NCBI GenBank assembly: GCA_049968255.1
Contig: JBMFRB010000009.1
Coordinates: forward strand, 32,001-96,000
Direction: 5' to 3'
Length of the DNA stretch: 64,000 nucleotides
Origin: Candidatus Sumerlaeaceae bacterium
Lineage (GTDB): Bacteria; Sumerlaeota; Sumerlaeia; Sumerlaeales; Sumerlaeaceae
The position numbers were made by a program, and so were the translations under genes. Shown piece by piece: positions 39,241 to 48,970 of this stretch; the stretch's first letter is position 1, and every line of letters starts with the position of its first letter. A model generated the notes under the pieces. It was given only the letters and a program-made list of their open reading frames with translations. It was not told the DNA's origin and ran no database searches.

Positions 39241-42200
39241 TATTTCTGCGCGGACCCAACGAGGTGTGCTGTCTGTGCGGCTTCTCGCGTTTCTTGTGTG
39301 CTCTCTCATGGCATCTGTGGTTCTTGCGCAACGCCATCGCGTCCTGCCCACGCCCTCTCCCGCCCCTGCTCTCCAGTTGCGCATTGTGGGTCAGAGTCAG
39401 GTCTTCATCGGTTCGATGGTGATTGCCAACGCTCCTGCTAACCGTCGCCCCCTTTTCCAGAGTTGCCGTTACGGCCGCGATTTTCACTACGTGCTCGATC
39501 ATCTTGCTCCCCATCAACAACTGCGCATTGAATTAGGCTTTGCAGAGCTTTTTGCCGAAACGGCCGGTGAGCGTGTGATGGCAGTCGAGGTGAACGGCCG
39601 TGTGTTTCGCGACAATCTCGATATTATCGCTGAAGCGGGAGGACCGCGCAAAGCGCTTGTCCTGAGCTGCGACATAGAGCCGACTGCACGGCTCGACCTT
39701 CGCTTTGTGGGAATAAAAGGTGAAGCGCTTATCAACTACGTGCGCGTGGAAGGCGCTGGCCAGGAAATTGTGATTGGCCCTGGCGCAAAGCTTCTGCTTC
39801 AGCCTGACAACGGCGCTTCCTACGATCTCGCGCACGGCGAGCTTTGCGTGGACGACAAACTCGTGGCCCCCATCCACGGTATGCCTTTGGGCGGCATCGG
39901 GACCGGCTCTTTCGAAATTCTGGCCGACGGCACATTTGCGAACCTCACGATCGGCAATTCGTGGGCGCAGGCCGTGCGCGGATTGCAGGGCTCGTTCCTG
40001 GCGGTCAGAGCCAAGCTTCGCTCATTTTCCGGCGAGGCACGAATTCTCTCAGTGGGGGCGCGCTCTCATCCCTTTGCAAATGCCCAACCCATGACGGCGA
40101 GCCGCTACCGCGCACGTTATCCCTTTTGCCAGATCGAGTTCACCGATCCGACTTTTCCTCTCGAAGTATCAGTGGAAGCTTTCGTCCCCTGTGTTCCTTA
40201 CGATCTCAATTCGTCTTCCTTGCCGGTGGCTATTGTATTTGTTCAGGTACGCAACCCCAACACGTACCCCGTCGCGGCTAGTGTCGCACTCTCTTGGGAG
40301 AACATTATAGGCCGTGGCACCCTGGGATTTCCGCCGCAGGTTTTTCCGCAGTCTAGTGCAGTTGCCCACAATGATGCGGGGTCCGGTGAGCTTCTCGGCG
40401 TGCATATGAGCTCGCTCGAGGCCCCTTTGGGCGCACGTGCCACTTTCCTGGGCGATCAATTTGTCGGCACTGTGACGACAGGTGTCGTTGTGTCGCGATT
40501 GCTCTTCTGGGATCCCTCCGCGCCGACGATTCCGTGGTGGAGGGAATTTATCCGCTCCGGACGCTTAGGGCATCGGCCCGAGCGTTCAGAATTTTGGAGC
40601 ACGTCGCTCGCGCGGGAAGGCAACTGCGCGGCAGCTGTGGCCGCAGCCTTCAACCTTGCCCCAAGGGAATCGCGGCGCATTCCCTTTTTTATTGCTTGGT
40701 ACTATCCTCACGTTGCAGCTCCTGACGGCAACTCGATGCACACCAATGCCTATGCTCAACGTTTTGCCTCGAGTGTGGGCGCTGCTGTCTACGCGCTGAG
40801 CCGCTTGGAGTGGCTAGAGTCTCACTCACGCGCCTGGCGCGATGCCCTTGTAGAAAGCGACCTTCCTGGCTGGTTCACGCAATCGCTGCTCGATGCAGCG
40901 GCGCGCAGCGCGGCCAACACAGTGTGGTGGAAGGGCGAGCCTGTACGCTGGTTTGCCACGGTCGACAATGGCAAGCTCGAGTTTGCACCCCCATCACTTG
41001 ATCCTTTAGTCCACGCTTGGGCCGACACGTTCTTCCCCACTCTTGGCTTACCATCCGGCAGCCGTCCCACTGCTGCACTGAATGCGGGAACCTCGTGCCC
41101 GTTGCAAAAATCGCAAGGAAATGCATACGAATCCGATGCTCACGCTGGCGTCGAATTGTTAGCAGCTCAGGCCTCACGAGCTTGGGCGTATGCGAACTTT
41201 ACTGGCGAGAGTGCGGCAATCAACGAAATGATTTCGCCTCTCGAGACAGCTTTCCAGAAGCTTGTGCAACACCCGAGCTTTACCTCGCCGAACGCTGAAG
41301 GTACACTCTTTTCGGATTGGCCCAGCACGATTGCGGCAGACCTGCGCCCCTACAAGGCCCTTTATGCCGCAGCAACCGCAGAGTTGCTAGCCGAGCTTGC
41401 ACAAGCAACAGGTGACCAGAACCGTGCACAGCTTTGGCGGCAGCAACGGCGCGCGTGGGAGAAAAACGCCCAAACCGAATTCGCCTCCATCGAGCACACC
41501 TGGCTTTCTTCGAATTCTCGAGCAGGACGTAGTTTTGCCACCTATTTTGCGGCGGATTGGCTGCTGCGCAGGGCGACGGGGAGCGGACTTCTTGGCGAGT
41601 CGCTCAGCTCGCTCGTGCAGCAAACTGTGGCGCGCCATCTGCCTTCGGACACAATAATTCCCATCGAAACGCCGCCGGCCACTGCCGGTCTCACAGCACC
41701 GCCCCTTCTTCACGCTTGGCTTGCCGCGGAAGCAATCGCAGCGGGGCTGCCCAATGCCGGATTCGAGCTCTCAGCGCGCTTGGCACAATTGCAGCAGGGG
41801 CGCGCAAATCCTTGGGGAAATGCGTTCTTCTATGACGAAGTGACGGCCATGCCCGCGGGCGAAAACAATCACGCTGCTGTCGCCAGCGTCTGGAGCGTTT
41901 TGCACGCGATTGTCGGGGTTCACTACGACCGCCAGCGCGAAACACTCATTGTGGCGCCGAGTCTGCCGTTTGAGCTGGGCAATCAAGTTCTCCTACCCGT
42001 TTTGACCCCCTTCTTCAACGGCTGCCTCGATTTCGATGCACAAGAACACGAGTGGACTCTTTCGATCACTCGCGTGGCCGCAAGATTCGAGAATGAGCCC
42101 CTAAGGGTGCGAAGGTTATGTGTCCAGGACCCGGATTATCCAGGGGCGCGCCGTCAAATAGAGCTTCCAGCGCCGATGGGGCTTTGCGCCGGCGACGAGC

Positions 42201-42304
42201 TCCATTATTATTCCGGGCGCTGCGAACAAAAGTCAGCTTCCTCAAGCACTCCGGCAATAACTGTGACTGCGCCGGTTAGGCTTGGAGCTGCCGTGGCGCC
42301 GTAA
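39227..42304 (+). CDS. Secreted malectin-domain, GH116-like glycosidase
   Basis: Signal peptide; malectin-like LGFAEL...GERV...VNG...LDI..EAGG; GH116 N-terminal GMPLGGIGTG and SSLPVA. The C-terminal helical region is divergent. Confidence 0.72.
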   Translation: MSSGDISARTQRGVLSVRLLAFLVCSLMASVVLAQRHRVLPTPSPAPALQLRIVGQSQVFIGSMVIANAPANRRPLFQSCRYGRDFHYVLDHLAPHQQLRIELGFAELFAETAGERVMAVEVNGRVFRDNLDIIAEAGGPRKALVLSCDIEPTARLDLRFVGIKGEALINYVRVEGAGQEIVIGPGAKLLLQPDNGASYDLAHGELCVDDKLVAPIHGMPLGGIGTGSFEILADGTFANLTIGNSWAQAVRGLQGSFLAVRAKLRSFSGEARILSVGARSHPFANAQPMTASRYRARYPFCQIEFTDPTFPLEVSVEAFVPCVPYDLNSSSLPVAIVFVQVRNPNTYPVAASVALSWENIIGRGTLGFPPQVFPQSSAVAHNDAGSGELLGVHMSSLEAPLGARATFLGDQFVGTVTTGVVVSRLLFWDPSAPTIPWWREFIRSGRLGHRPERSEFWSTSLAREGNCAAAVAAAFNLAPRESRRIPFFIAWYYPHVAAPDGNSMHTNAYAQRFASSVGAAVYALSRLEWLESHSRAWRDALVESDLPGWFTQSLLDAAARSAANTVWWKGEPVRWFATVDNGKLEFAPPSLDPLVHAWADTFFPTLGLPSGSRPTAALNAGTSCPLQKSQGNAYESDAHAGVELLAAQASRAWAYANFTGESAAINEMISPLETAFQKLVQHPSFTSPNAEGTLFSDWPSTIAADLRPYKALYAAATAELLAELAQATGDQNRAQLWRQQRRAWEKNAQTEFASIEHTWLSSNSRAGRSFATYFAADWLLRRATGSGLLGESLSSLVQQTVARHLPSDTIIPIETPPATAGLTAPPLLHAWLAAEAIAAGLPNAGFELSARLAQLQQGRANPWGNAFFYDEVTAMPAGENNHAAVASVWSVLHAIVGVHYDRQRETLIVAPSLPFELGNQVLLPVLTPFFNGCLDFDAQEHEWTLSITRVAARFENEPLRVRRLCVQDPDYPGARRQIELPAPMGLCAGDELHYYSGRCEQKSASSSTPAITVTAPVRLGAAVAP

Positions 42305-44255
42305 TCTGTGCCTCCCGCTCCTCCATAGAGCGAATCTCGATAATGAACCGTGCTCCGCCAGTGGCAACGTTTTCCGCTGTCACCCGCCCGCCGTGAAAAC
42401 TCTCCACGATTGTGCGCACCCAAAAGAGCCCAAACCCCTCAGAAAAATCCGATTTTGTAGAATACCCGTGGTGAAAAATTTGCTCGATTTCACCGCGCTC
42501 CAAAAGACGTCCGCTAGCGTCGCGAATGCCTGGCCCATTATCCTCAACCTCGATGCGGAACGTTTCGCGTTCGGCCTCATAGCGTGTACGCACCACGACC
42601 CATGGCGGCCGCTCAGATTTTCTGCGCTGGGACCGAAAGGCATCTATCGCGTTCGTAAGGACGTTAAAAAGCGCAAGCATAAGCAAACGCCTCTCCACCA
42701 CTGGCTGGGGCGAACCAGCTGCAAGATCGCGTTCGAATGTCACCCCTAACGATGTCGTTCGATCGAATTTTGTTAACAAATCGCTCACGATGGCGTCAAT
42801 GGACCAGCGTTTGTATTCGGGGCGACGCAATGAGCCGAACGAACCATAGAGGTCCACAATGTCCTGCATCAGCCGCATTGTATCTGCGATGGCCACCACC
42901 CCCTCGCGTAGCAGTTGCCACTGTTGGGCATCCAGCTCGTGAGGCTCGCGTTCCAAAATATCCCGCGCTGTGAGTGTGTCGAGACGGACCGACGCCAGCA
43001 CGTTTGTCAAATCATGCGCTATGCAGCGGGCTAGCGAGATGTTTGCTTGGCGTCGCTGTTCGGATATGGATTGCTCGAGAGCTGAAAATGCCAGCAACCC
43101 TCGCGCGATAGCCTCACAGCCCAACCGCAGACCCTCGAGACGCGTTGCGGGATCTAGCGCCGGGTGTTGGAGCTCACCCTTGATAACGACGATACTCGGC
43201 CCAACATTGGCCGCGAAACGAAATTTCCCATGTTCACCTGCAACGAAATTGCTGACCCTTGCCGTGTCGGGCAAGAGCGCCCGGGCGGTTTCGGGCCACG
43301 TTTGTGCAGAGTGCTCAGCATCCGAACTCACAGAACGATTCTCGGGCGGATAAGCAAGTGTGCGCGCGAGCAGAAGGTCGTCGCCTTGGTGCGACAGCTC
43401 AGCTAGTGTCAGCGAGCTAGCCCCGAAACCCGTGGCGAGAAGTTCCAAACCGCCAAGCAGAATGGCAGGCTCAACCACAGGCTGGTTGGTTCTCCGCAGC
43501 AGCTCGCTCATCGTCTCGTCCAACTCCTGAATAAGTGCCCGACGGGCCATTTCGTTGTAAGCAGCCTCGAGACCAGCTGCGGGCTTGGCGATGAGCTGCG
43601 GTCGTGCCTGCTGTGCCCCTTGCAGGTGCACGGTCACGTTATGCATTGGCCGCAAAATGTAGCGATAGAGGAAATAGTAGCCCACTACCCACAGCGCGAC
43701 CAAAGCAGCCGCGATCATCCAGTAGCGGCGTGTGAGCTCCTCGATGGGTGGGTAATGAGCCGGTGTCGTGTAACGCGCCACGAGTCGCCCACTGCCAGGC
43801 AGGCCGCGCTCACGTTTCACCCCCAGGTCCGTGATTCTCTCGAAATTGCGCAAAAAAAGACTGTTGCGCCACGTCTGTAAACGCCGCGGTTTGTCGGGAT
43901 CGACCACCCGCAAATTGTCCACAACCTGACGATTCGCATCAAGAAGCTCGAAAAGGAAAATGCTTGTCGGCCCTTCGACGATCTGCTGCATTTCTTTGCG
44001 CAGACGTTCCGCAGCCAGTTTGCGACTGGCCGGTGTCGTGGCGAATAACACATCGCCTGCGTACTCCGCCAAGGTATCGGGTAAGTTGAAAATTTCCCGG
44101 AAATGTTCGCGAATCAGCGCTTCCTTCTCGCCCGTGTAGTGCTGGCGGTCCAGCTCGTAGAGCACTAGCGCAAGAATGAGAAAGTACAGCGCCGTGACGA
44201 CCGTGTTGAGGATGCGAGTGCGTCGGCTGTAATCAAATTTCGCTGTTGAGTGCAT
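42276..44255 (-). CDS. Membrane-bound sensor histidine kinase
   Basis: Two TM segments, H-box IAHDLTN, N-box NVLTNAIDA, G1 EDNGPGI, IF..GYSTK and G2 GFGL. Confidence 0.88.
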   Translation of the reverse strand: MHSTAKFDYSRRTRILNTVVTALYFLILALVLYELDRQHYTGEKEALIREHFREIFNLPDTLAEYAGDVLFATTPASRKLAAERLRKEMQQIVEGPTSIFLFELLDANRQVVDNLRVVDPDKPRRLQTWRNSLFLRNFERITDLGVKRERGLPGSGRLVARYTTPAHYPPIEELTRRYWMIAAALVALWVVGYYFLYRYILRPMHNVTVHLQGAQQARPQLIAKPAAGLEAAYNEMARRALIQELDETMSELLRRTNQPVVEPAILLGGLELLATGFGASSLTLAELSHQGDDLLLARTLAYPPENRSVSSDAEHSAQTWPETARALLPDTARVSNFVAGEHGKFRFAANVGPSIVVIKGELQHPALDPATRLEGLRLGCEAIARGLLAFSALEQSISEQRRQANISLARCIAHDLTNVLASVRLDTLTARDILEREPHELDAQQWQLLREGVVAIADTMRLMQDIVDLYGSFGSLRRPEYKRWSIDAIVSDLLTKFDRTTSLGVTFERDLAAGSPQPVVERRLLMLALFNVLTNAIDAFRSQRRKSERPPWVVVRTRYEAERETFRIEVEDNGPGIRDASGRLLERGEIEQIFHHGYSTKSDFSEGFGLFWVRTIVESFHGGRVTAENVATGGARFIIEIRSMEEREAQITAPRQLQA

Positions 44256-44360
44256 GACTACGTCTTGAGTACTCTCGTGCGCAGCAAAAGATTGGCTGGG
44301 CTGTTGATGCGCCGCCTCTATCCTTTAAAAGGCCACACTCGGCGTGCAAGGCTGAAGCAT

Positions 44361-44777
44361 ATGATCGAAGACAGCATTTTCGAGTACCTTGAAAGGACAA
44401 AGGCTGTGGACTACACGCTCGGAGTCCTGGCCATCGTCGGCCCGCTCATTGTGGCCGCGATCTTACGCTGGGGCCAAGGCCGTGCCTTTGTTGAGAATCA
44501 TCGGCCTGACTGGTGGCTAGGACTTGTGGCCGGTCCATTGGTCTACGTCTTGTGGCGCGTTTACAATGCGATTATGGATGCGTTTGGGCTCGACAGTGTT
44601 TACGCCCTAGTGCTCAACGCGTCAATTTTTCTTTGTGTGGGGCTTGCCCTCGCGTTGGCCCGAACTTGGCTTTGGCGGTCCACCAGAGGAGCGCCTCCTG
44701 CTAGGATTTCTCCCCAGCAGCGAGCGGCTACTTCTGACGACGGCCCCACGGCCGATTTGCGTGTAAAAGGTGAATGA
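44361..44777 (+). CDS. Hypothetical membrane protein (about 3 TM segments)
   Basis: Hydrophobic segments and overlap with the next gene's start. Start placed at the ATG at 44361. Confidence 0.6.
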   Translation: MIEDSIFEYLERTKAVDYTLGVLAIVGPLIVAAILRWGQGRAFVENHRPDWWLGLVAGPLVYVLWRVYNAIMDAFGLDSVYALVLNASIFLCVGLALALARTWLWRSTRGAPPARISPQQRAATSDDGPTADLRVKGE

Positions 44778-45822
44778 AATGATCTTTGCAAAATCACTGC
44801 GGCGAAAACAACGGTATGTCGTTGTGGCGACTATGTGCCTCTTCGCCGTCTCCGTTGGCTTGGCGCAACGCCAGGGGAGCTCTCTCATTAATGGCGTGGA
44901 AGTAGTGGCAGAACTCGACAAAACCGAGCTGCTCGTGGGCGAGCCCCTTTTTCTAAAAATCAGCGTGGCAAATCGCAACGCCCCCTTGGTGATTGGCAAT
45001 TTTATCTCCGCCCTGCACTTTCCCGAGGGCGGCGACATCGAACTTTACGTGCAGCCGCCCAATGAACTCGCCTATCGCTACCAAGCCCACGAAGATCCTG
45101 CGGTGTTCGCTACCGTCGAGATCGGAAACAAGAAGGGCGCCTCCACTCATTTCGAGCTACCGATCATCTACGAACGAAAATCACCCACCGGCTACCTTTT
45201 CGATAGGCCGGGCGATTATGTCGTGTCTGGGAAAATTTGGCACAGCATCATGCGCGATCCCACGCGCACGTTCACGGAGATCCCGCCGACAAAAATCACC
45301 GTGCGGTCACCCGAGGGCGACAATCAGCAGGCGTTCCGGTTGATCGACGGCAAAAAGTATGCACTCGCGCTTCAAGAGCAGGTCACCGACGACAAAGACA
45401 TCATCGAAAAATGTCTCGCCGTGGCGAAAAGATATTCACATTCGGTTTACGCCCCGATGTGCGCGTATGTGGCAGGGGCGTCGATGGTGCTTGACAAGCA
45501 GAGGCTCGAAGAGGGCGTCACGCTGCTTCGCGACTTTGCCAAGCGCTTTCCCACTCATCCAATGGTGGGCAATGGCATCTACTCCATTTTCTTCGGCTAC
45601 CACATGGCCGGGGATCAAGACCGGGCCCGTGAATGGTTCTATTACCTTATGGATTTCGACCCGTCTTATCGCCTTCTGCGCGAGGAAAACAAGTTAGCAT
45701 CATATTATTATTTTGGACGCATCGAGGAATTGCAAAATCGCCGTTGGTGGATGTACGACAAGCCGTGGCTCCTTCCGAAAGAATTGCCCGTGCGTAAAGA
45801 AACTCAGGGAGTGCCTCAGTGA
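44770..45822 (+). CDS. Hypothetical exported protein (beta-rich N-terminus, TPR-like helical C-terminus)
   Basis: Signal-like N-terminus, 350 aa, stop overlaps the folP start. Confidence 0.7.
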   Translation: MNEMIFAKSLRRKQRYVVVATMCLFAVSVGLAQRQGSSLINGVEVVAELDKTELLVGEPLFLKISVANRNAPLVIGNFISALHFPEGGDIELYVQPPNELAYRYQAHEDPAVFATVEIGNKKGASTHFELPIIYERKSPTGYLFDRPGDYVVSGKIWHSIMRDPTRTFTEIPPTKITVRSPEGDNQQAFRLIDGKKYALALQEQVTDDKDIIEKCLAVAKRYSHSVYAPMCAYVAGASMVLDKQRLEEGVTLLRDFAKRFPTHPMVGNGIYSIFFGYHMAGDQDRAREWFYYLMDFDPSYRLLREENKLASYYYFGRIEELQNRRWWMYDKPWLLPKELPVRKETQGVPQ

Positions 45823-46673
45823 CCGAATGGCCGTGGATTGTGCGCGGTCGGCGCGTCCTGCCCGCTGGCCGCTCGCTCGTGATGGGGATCCTCAATGTTA
45901 GCCCCGATAGCTTCTCTGATGGCGGACGTTTTCGCGATGCACAAGAAGCCGTGGACGCCGCGCTAAAGATGCTTGCCGATGGGGCCGACATCATCGACGT
46001 CGGTGGAGAAAGCTCGCGTCCTGGCCGCTCGGGGCCTGTGCCCGCGCAGGAAGAATTGCGCCGCGTTCTGCCTGTGGTGAAGGCGCTGCGCGAAAAGGCG
46101 CCTCAGGCGCTCATTTCCGTGGACACCTATAAAGCCGAAGTCGCCGAGCAGGCGCTCGATGCGGGGGCGGACATCATCAACGATATTTATGCTCTCCGCT
46201 ATGCCCCGAGCGTCGCTGATCTCGTCGCGCGTCATAAAGCTGGACTTGTTCTCATGCACATGCAGGGCACGCCCGAAACCATGCAGGTGAATCCGACTTA
46301 CCAAAACGTCGTCGTTGAAATAAAGAATGAGTTGCGTCAAGCTTTACAACTGGCGCTTGAACGCGGGGTGCCGGAGGAAGCCATAGCCATCGATCCCGGT
46401 TTCGGTTTTGGAAAAACCGTCGAGCACAACGTCGAACTGCTAGCCCAGCTCGAGTATTTTCGCCTACTCCAGCGACCCATTTGTGTCGGCGTGTCGCGCA
46501 AGCGTTTTCTTGGTGCTCTGTGTGGCGGGCTGGATGTCGATGAGCGCGAGGAGGCTACCCTCGCTGCAGTGACCATTGCAGTTCTTCACGGTGCAGCAAT
46601 TGTTCGCGTGCACAACGTCAAAGCCGCCAAACGCGCCTTAGCTGTGGCGGATGCCGTGTTGGCGCGTTTGTAA
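45819..46673 (+). CDS. folP: Dihydropteroate synthase
   Basis: MGILNVSPDSFSDGG, DVGGESSRPG, SVDT, DPGFGFGK, SRKRF and RVH. Confidence 0.97.
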   Translation: MTEWPWIVRGRRVLPAGRSLVMGILNVSPDSFSDGGRFRDAQEAVDAALKMLADGADIIDVGGESSRPGRSGPVPAQEELRRVLPVVKALREKAPQALISVDTYKAEVAEQALDAGADIINDIYALRYAPSVADLVARHKAGLVLMHMQGTPETMQVNPTYQNVVVEIKNELRQALQLALERGVPEEAIAIDPGFGFGKTVEHNVELLAQLEYFRLLQRPICVGVSRKRFLGALCGGLDVDEREEATLAAVTIAVLHGAAIVRVHNVKAAKRALAVADAVLARL

Positions 46674-46908
46674 ATCATCGTCCTCGTTCTGTCAATCCCA
46701 GCAACGGTCTGGTTTCCCCCTGGCCTGTTTCTTCCCGTCGCTCCAGGCACTCGCTCGGGCTTTTCATTTGTCATTACGTCATTTGGGTGCCGTTGTTACA
46801 TCATCAAAAGAAAGACTTGCAATCGGAACCGGTTTTCGTCTATATGGCAAATTGGCCTGCGAAAAGGCGAGTCGCTATTGGACCTCATGGCAAAGGAGGA
46901 AAACTACC

Positions 46909-47727
46909 ATGAAAAGGATCGCTTTGGCAGCGATGATGCTGCTTGCATCAGTGTCAATGTGGGCGGCGAAAACCTACACCGTGCCCTACACGACTCAAAC
47001 GATTACGCTCGATGGCGTGGCTAGCGAAGTTGCTTGGGCAGCTGCCGCCATCGCAGGCGGAGATTTCGTTGCCCACGATTCGGGAGTCCCTGGAACACTG
47101 TCCACACAGCAGACAACTTTCAAAGCGCTGTGGGACGACAACAATCTTTACATCTATGTGCAGACTCAGGATCTGGCGCCGGTTTTCGACGTGAACCTCA
47201 CAACAAACAACCAGACCCTGACATTCTCCAAGGACGACTTCGAGTTTTTCCTGGACCCGATTTCGGCGCGCAACAACGAGCCCAATCCCACGCACAAATA
47301 CCAGCTTGTCATTTTCCCCCAGACCGATGCGGCTGGTTTGATGTCGAATCCTCCGGCGGCGTTCAAGTGGGTTGCGGCGGGCAACACCGACTTCCCCTTC
47401 CCACCGACAAGCTGGCCCTCAGGCGTGAATATCCAGGTCGCAATAGTTCCGGTTTCTTCGCCTGCCGGCTATGCGGCTGAGCTCGCAATTCCGTGGAGCG
47501 TATTTGATGTTGCGCTCGTCAACACGGAGCCCTTCAGCCTGCCACCCCTCAACGGTGACACATGGTCCGTGCAAGTGTGTCGCCTCCATGATTCCGGAAA
47601 CAACACGGCGGCGAGTAAATGGAATCCTACATCAACAGCTGGCTTCCGCACCAAGCCATGGGGACTTTGGATCTTTACTGGCAAGCCAGCACCTACGCGC
47701 GCCGTGGATTGGCAACTTCTCGAGTAG
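46909..47727 (+). CDS. Secreted CBM9/DOMON-like sugar-binding protein
   Basis: AAGGAGG RBS, signal peptide MKRIALAAMMLLASVSMWA, LDG..SE.AW, ALWDDNNLY, DDFEFFLDP and ELAIPW. Confidence 0.8.
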   Translation: MKRIALAAMMLLASVSMWAAKTYTVPYTTQTITLDGVASEVAWAAAAIAGGDFVAHDSGVPGTLSTQQTTFKALWDDNNLYIYVQTQDLAPVFDVNLTTNNQTLTFSKDDFEFFLDPISARNNEPNPTHKYQLVIFPQTDAAGLMSNPPAAFKWVAAGNTDFPFPPTSWPSGVNIQVAIVPVSSPAGYAAELAIPWSVFDVALVNTEPFSLPPLNGDTWSVQVCRLHDSGNNTAASKWNPTSTAGFRTKPWGLWIFTGKPAPTRAVDWQLLE

Positions 47728-47759
47728 CAGCGCAACGCCACAAATCACCCAAAAAGACG

Positions 47760-47803
47760 GCAGCGAGGCGCTGAAGTTCAGCGCTTCGCTGCTTGCTACT
47801 TTT
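47760..47803 (+). terminator. Strong hairpin or terminator between convergent genes
   Basis: GCAGCGAGGCGCTGA/TCAGCGCTTCGCTGC stem of about 15 bp followed by a T-rich tract. Confidence 0.7.
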
Positions 47804-47930
47804 CTAACACATTAAATCTAATTCACATTAAAACGTGCCGTCAAGTGACTCGTGCAGCAAGCCCCGAAGCGCTGACTTGCGAACCTACGTGAAGGCAAAC
47901 GTGGTGGGCAGCGAACGTCGCGTCTCGGCC

Positions 47931-48842
47931 TCAGGGATCGAGCTGTCGGTCCACCACCCAGACGTCAGGCTCTCGTGGGGCACTGCTGTAACGCGGCGCG
48001 TGGGCGAAAGCTCCCTCGTCACTGAGCAAGGGAGCGAGAGTCGGATTTTGCAGGAGTGCAGACAGGCGGTGCAGCTTGCCATCAACGAGCACATCGTTAG
48101 CCACAAGGCGAATGCCGTGGCTATAGTCGGCATACGTGGCCTTGTGCACCAGCGACAGCGGTTGGATCGCCGTCCCGACGGGAAGATGCCATCCGTAAAT
48201 TGCAACGCGCGGGGGCGATGAACGCTGCCACAGCTGGGGTGTTAGCACGATATCTTTTTTGACGCCGCTCACCAACAGACCAAGCGCGCACTCGGCCTGC
48301 GTCCTCTGCTCTTCGATCATCAGCTGATGCCTGAAAAACGTTTCGACCGTAACCATCTCCGGCGAAGGGGGAAGCGGTCGTGGGAGAGCTCTCCACGCTG
48401 CCGCATTGCAGATCGCATCGACCATCGTGCGCGTCGGAAGCGAACAGTCCGTGCGATCACAAATCCACTGAGCGAGATGCGGCGTCGCGGGGATGCGCAG
48501 AAAATCTTCGTCGCTGCCCACCGCAAGGTAGTCGGGCGTCACGGCGAACCGCACCGTAGATTTCGCGCCATCGGCCCATACCTCTCTTTCGACCGGGGCA
48601 AGCCAACGCAAGAAATTGGGAACATTACCTTGCGCCACCTCGCGGTAAATTTGGCGCTCGCGCTCCTCGAGCGAAAGCAAAGCAAACTGCGCAGCAAGAG
48701 CTTTTCCACCCAAAGCATGGGCCGGACGAGGGGGCAGGATCAACTGGGCGCGGGGCAGAAGCTCCGTCGCAGCTCGGACCTGCCACGTGCTTGTGAGAAC
48801 AAAAAAAAACATGCCAACGGCTAGCCACTGGAACCGTTTCAT
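47931..48842 (-). CDS. Hypothetical secreted protein
   Basis: Signal peptide; motif-like segments GVKKDIV, AIYGWH, IQP and H...YADYSHG.RLV. Confidence 0.75.
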   Translation of the reverse strand: MKRFQWLAVGMFFFVLTSTWQVRAATELLPRAQLILPPRPAHALGGKALAAQFALLSLEERERQIYREVAQGNVPNFLRWLAPVEREVWADGAKSTVRFAVTPDYLAVGSDEDFLRIPATPHLAQWICDRTDCSLPTRTMVDAICNAAAWRALPRPLPPSPEMVTVETFFRHQLMIEEQRTQAECALGLLVSGVKKDIVLTPQLWQRSSPPRVAIYGWHLPVGTAIQPLSLVHKATYADYSHGIRLVANDVLVDGKLHRLSALLQNPTLAPLLSDEGAFAHAPRYSSAPREPDVWVVDRQLDP

Positions 48843-48970
48843 CTTCCCGCCCCTTGCCGAATGTTGTCGCCATCAGGGGTAGGCAACAAGAACGCTGCAG
48901 CCCCCGAGGCTTGATAATGCGCCTATGTCCTCATCCAAACCAGCTGTTCGGCAAACTTGCAAGGAGTCAT

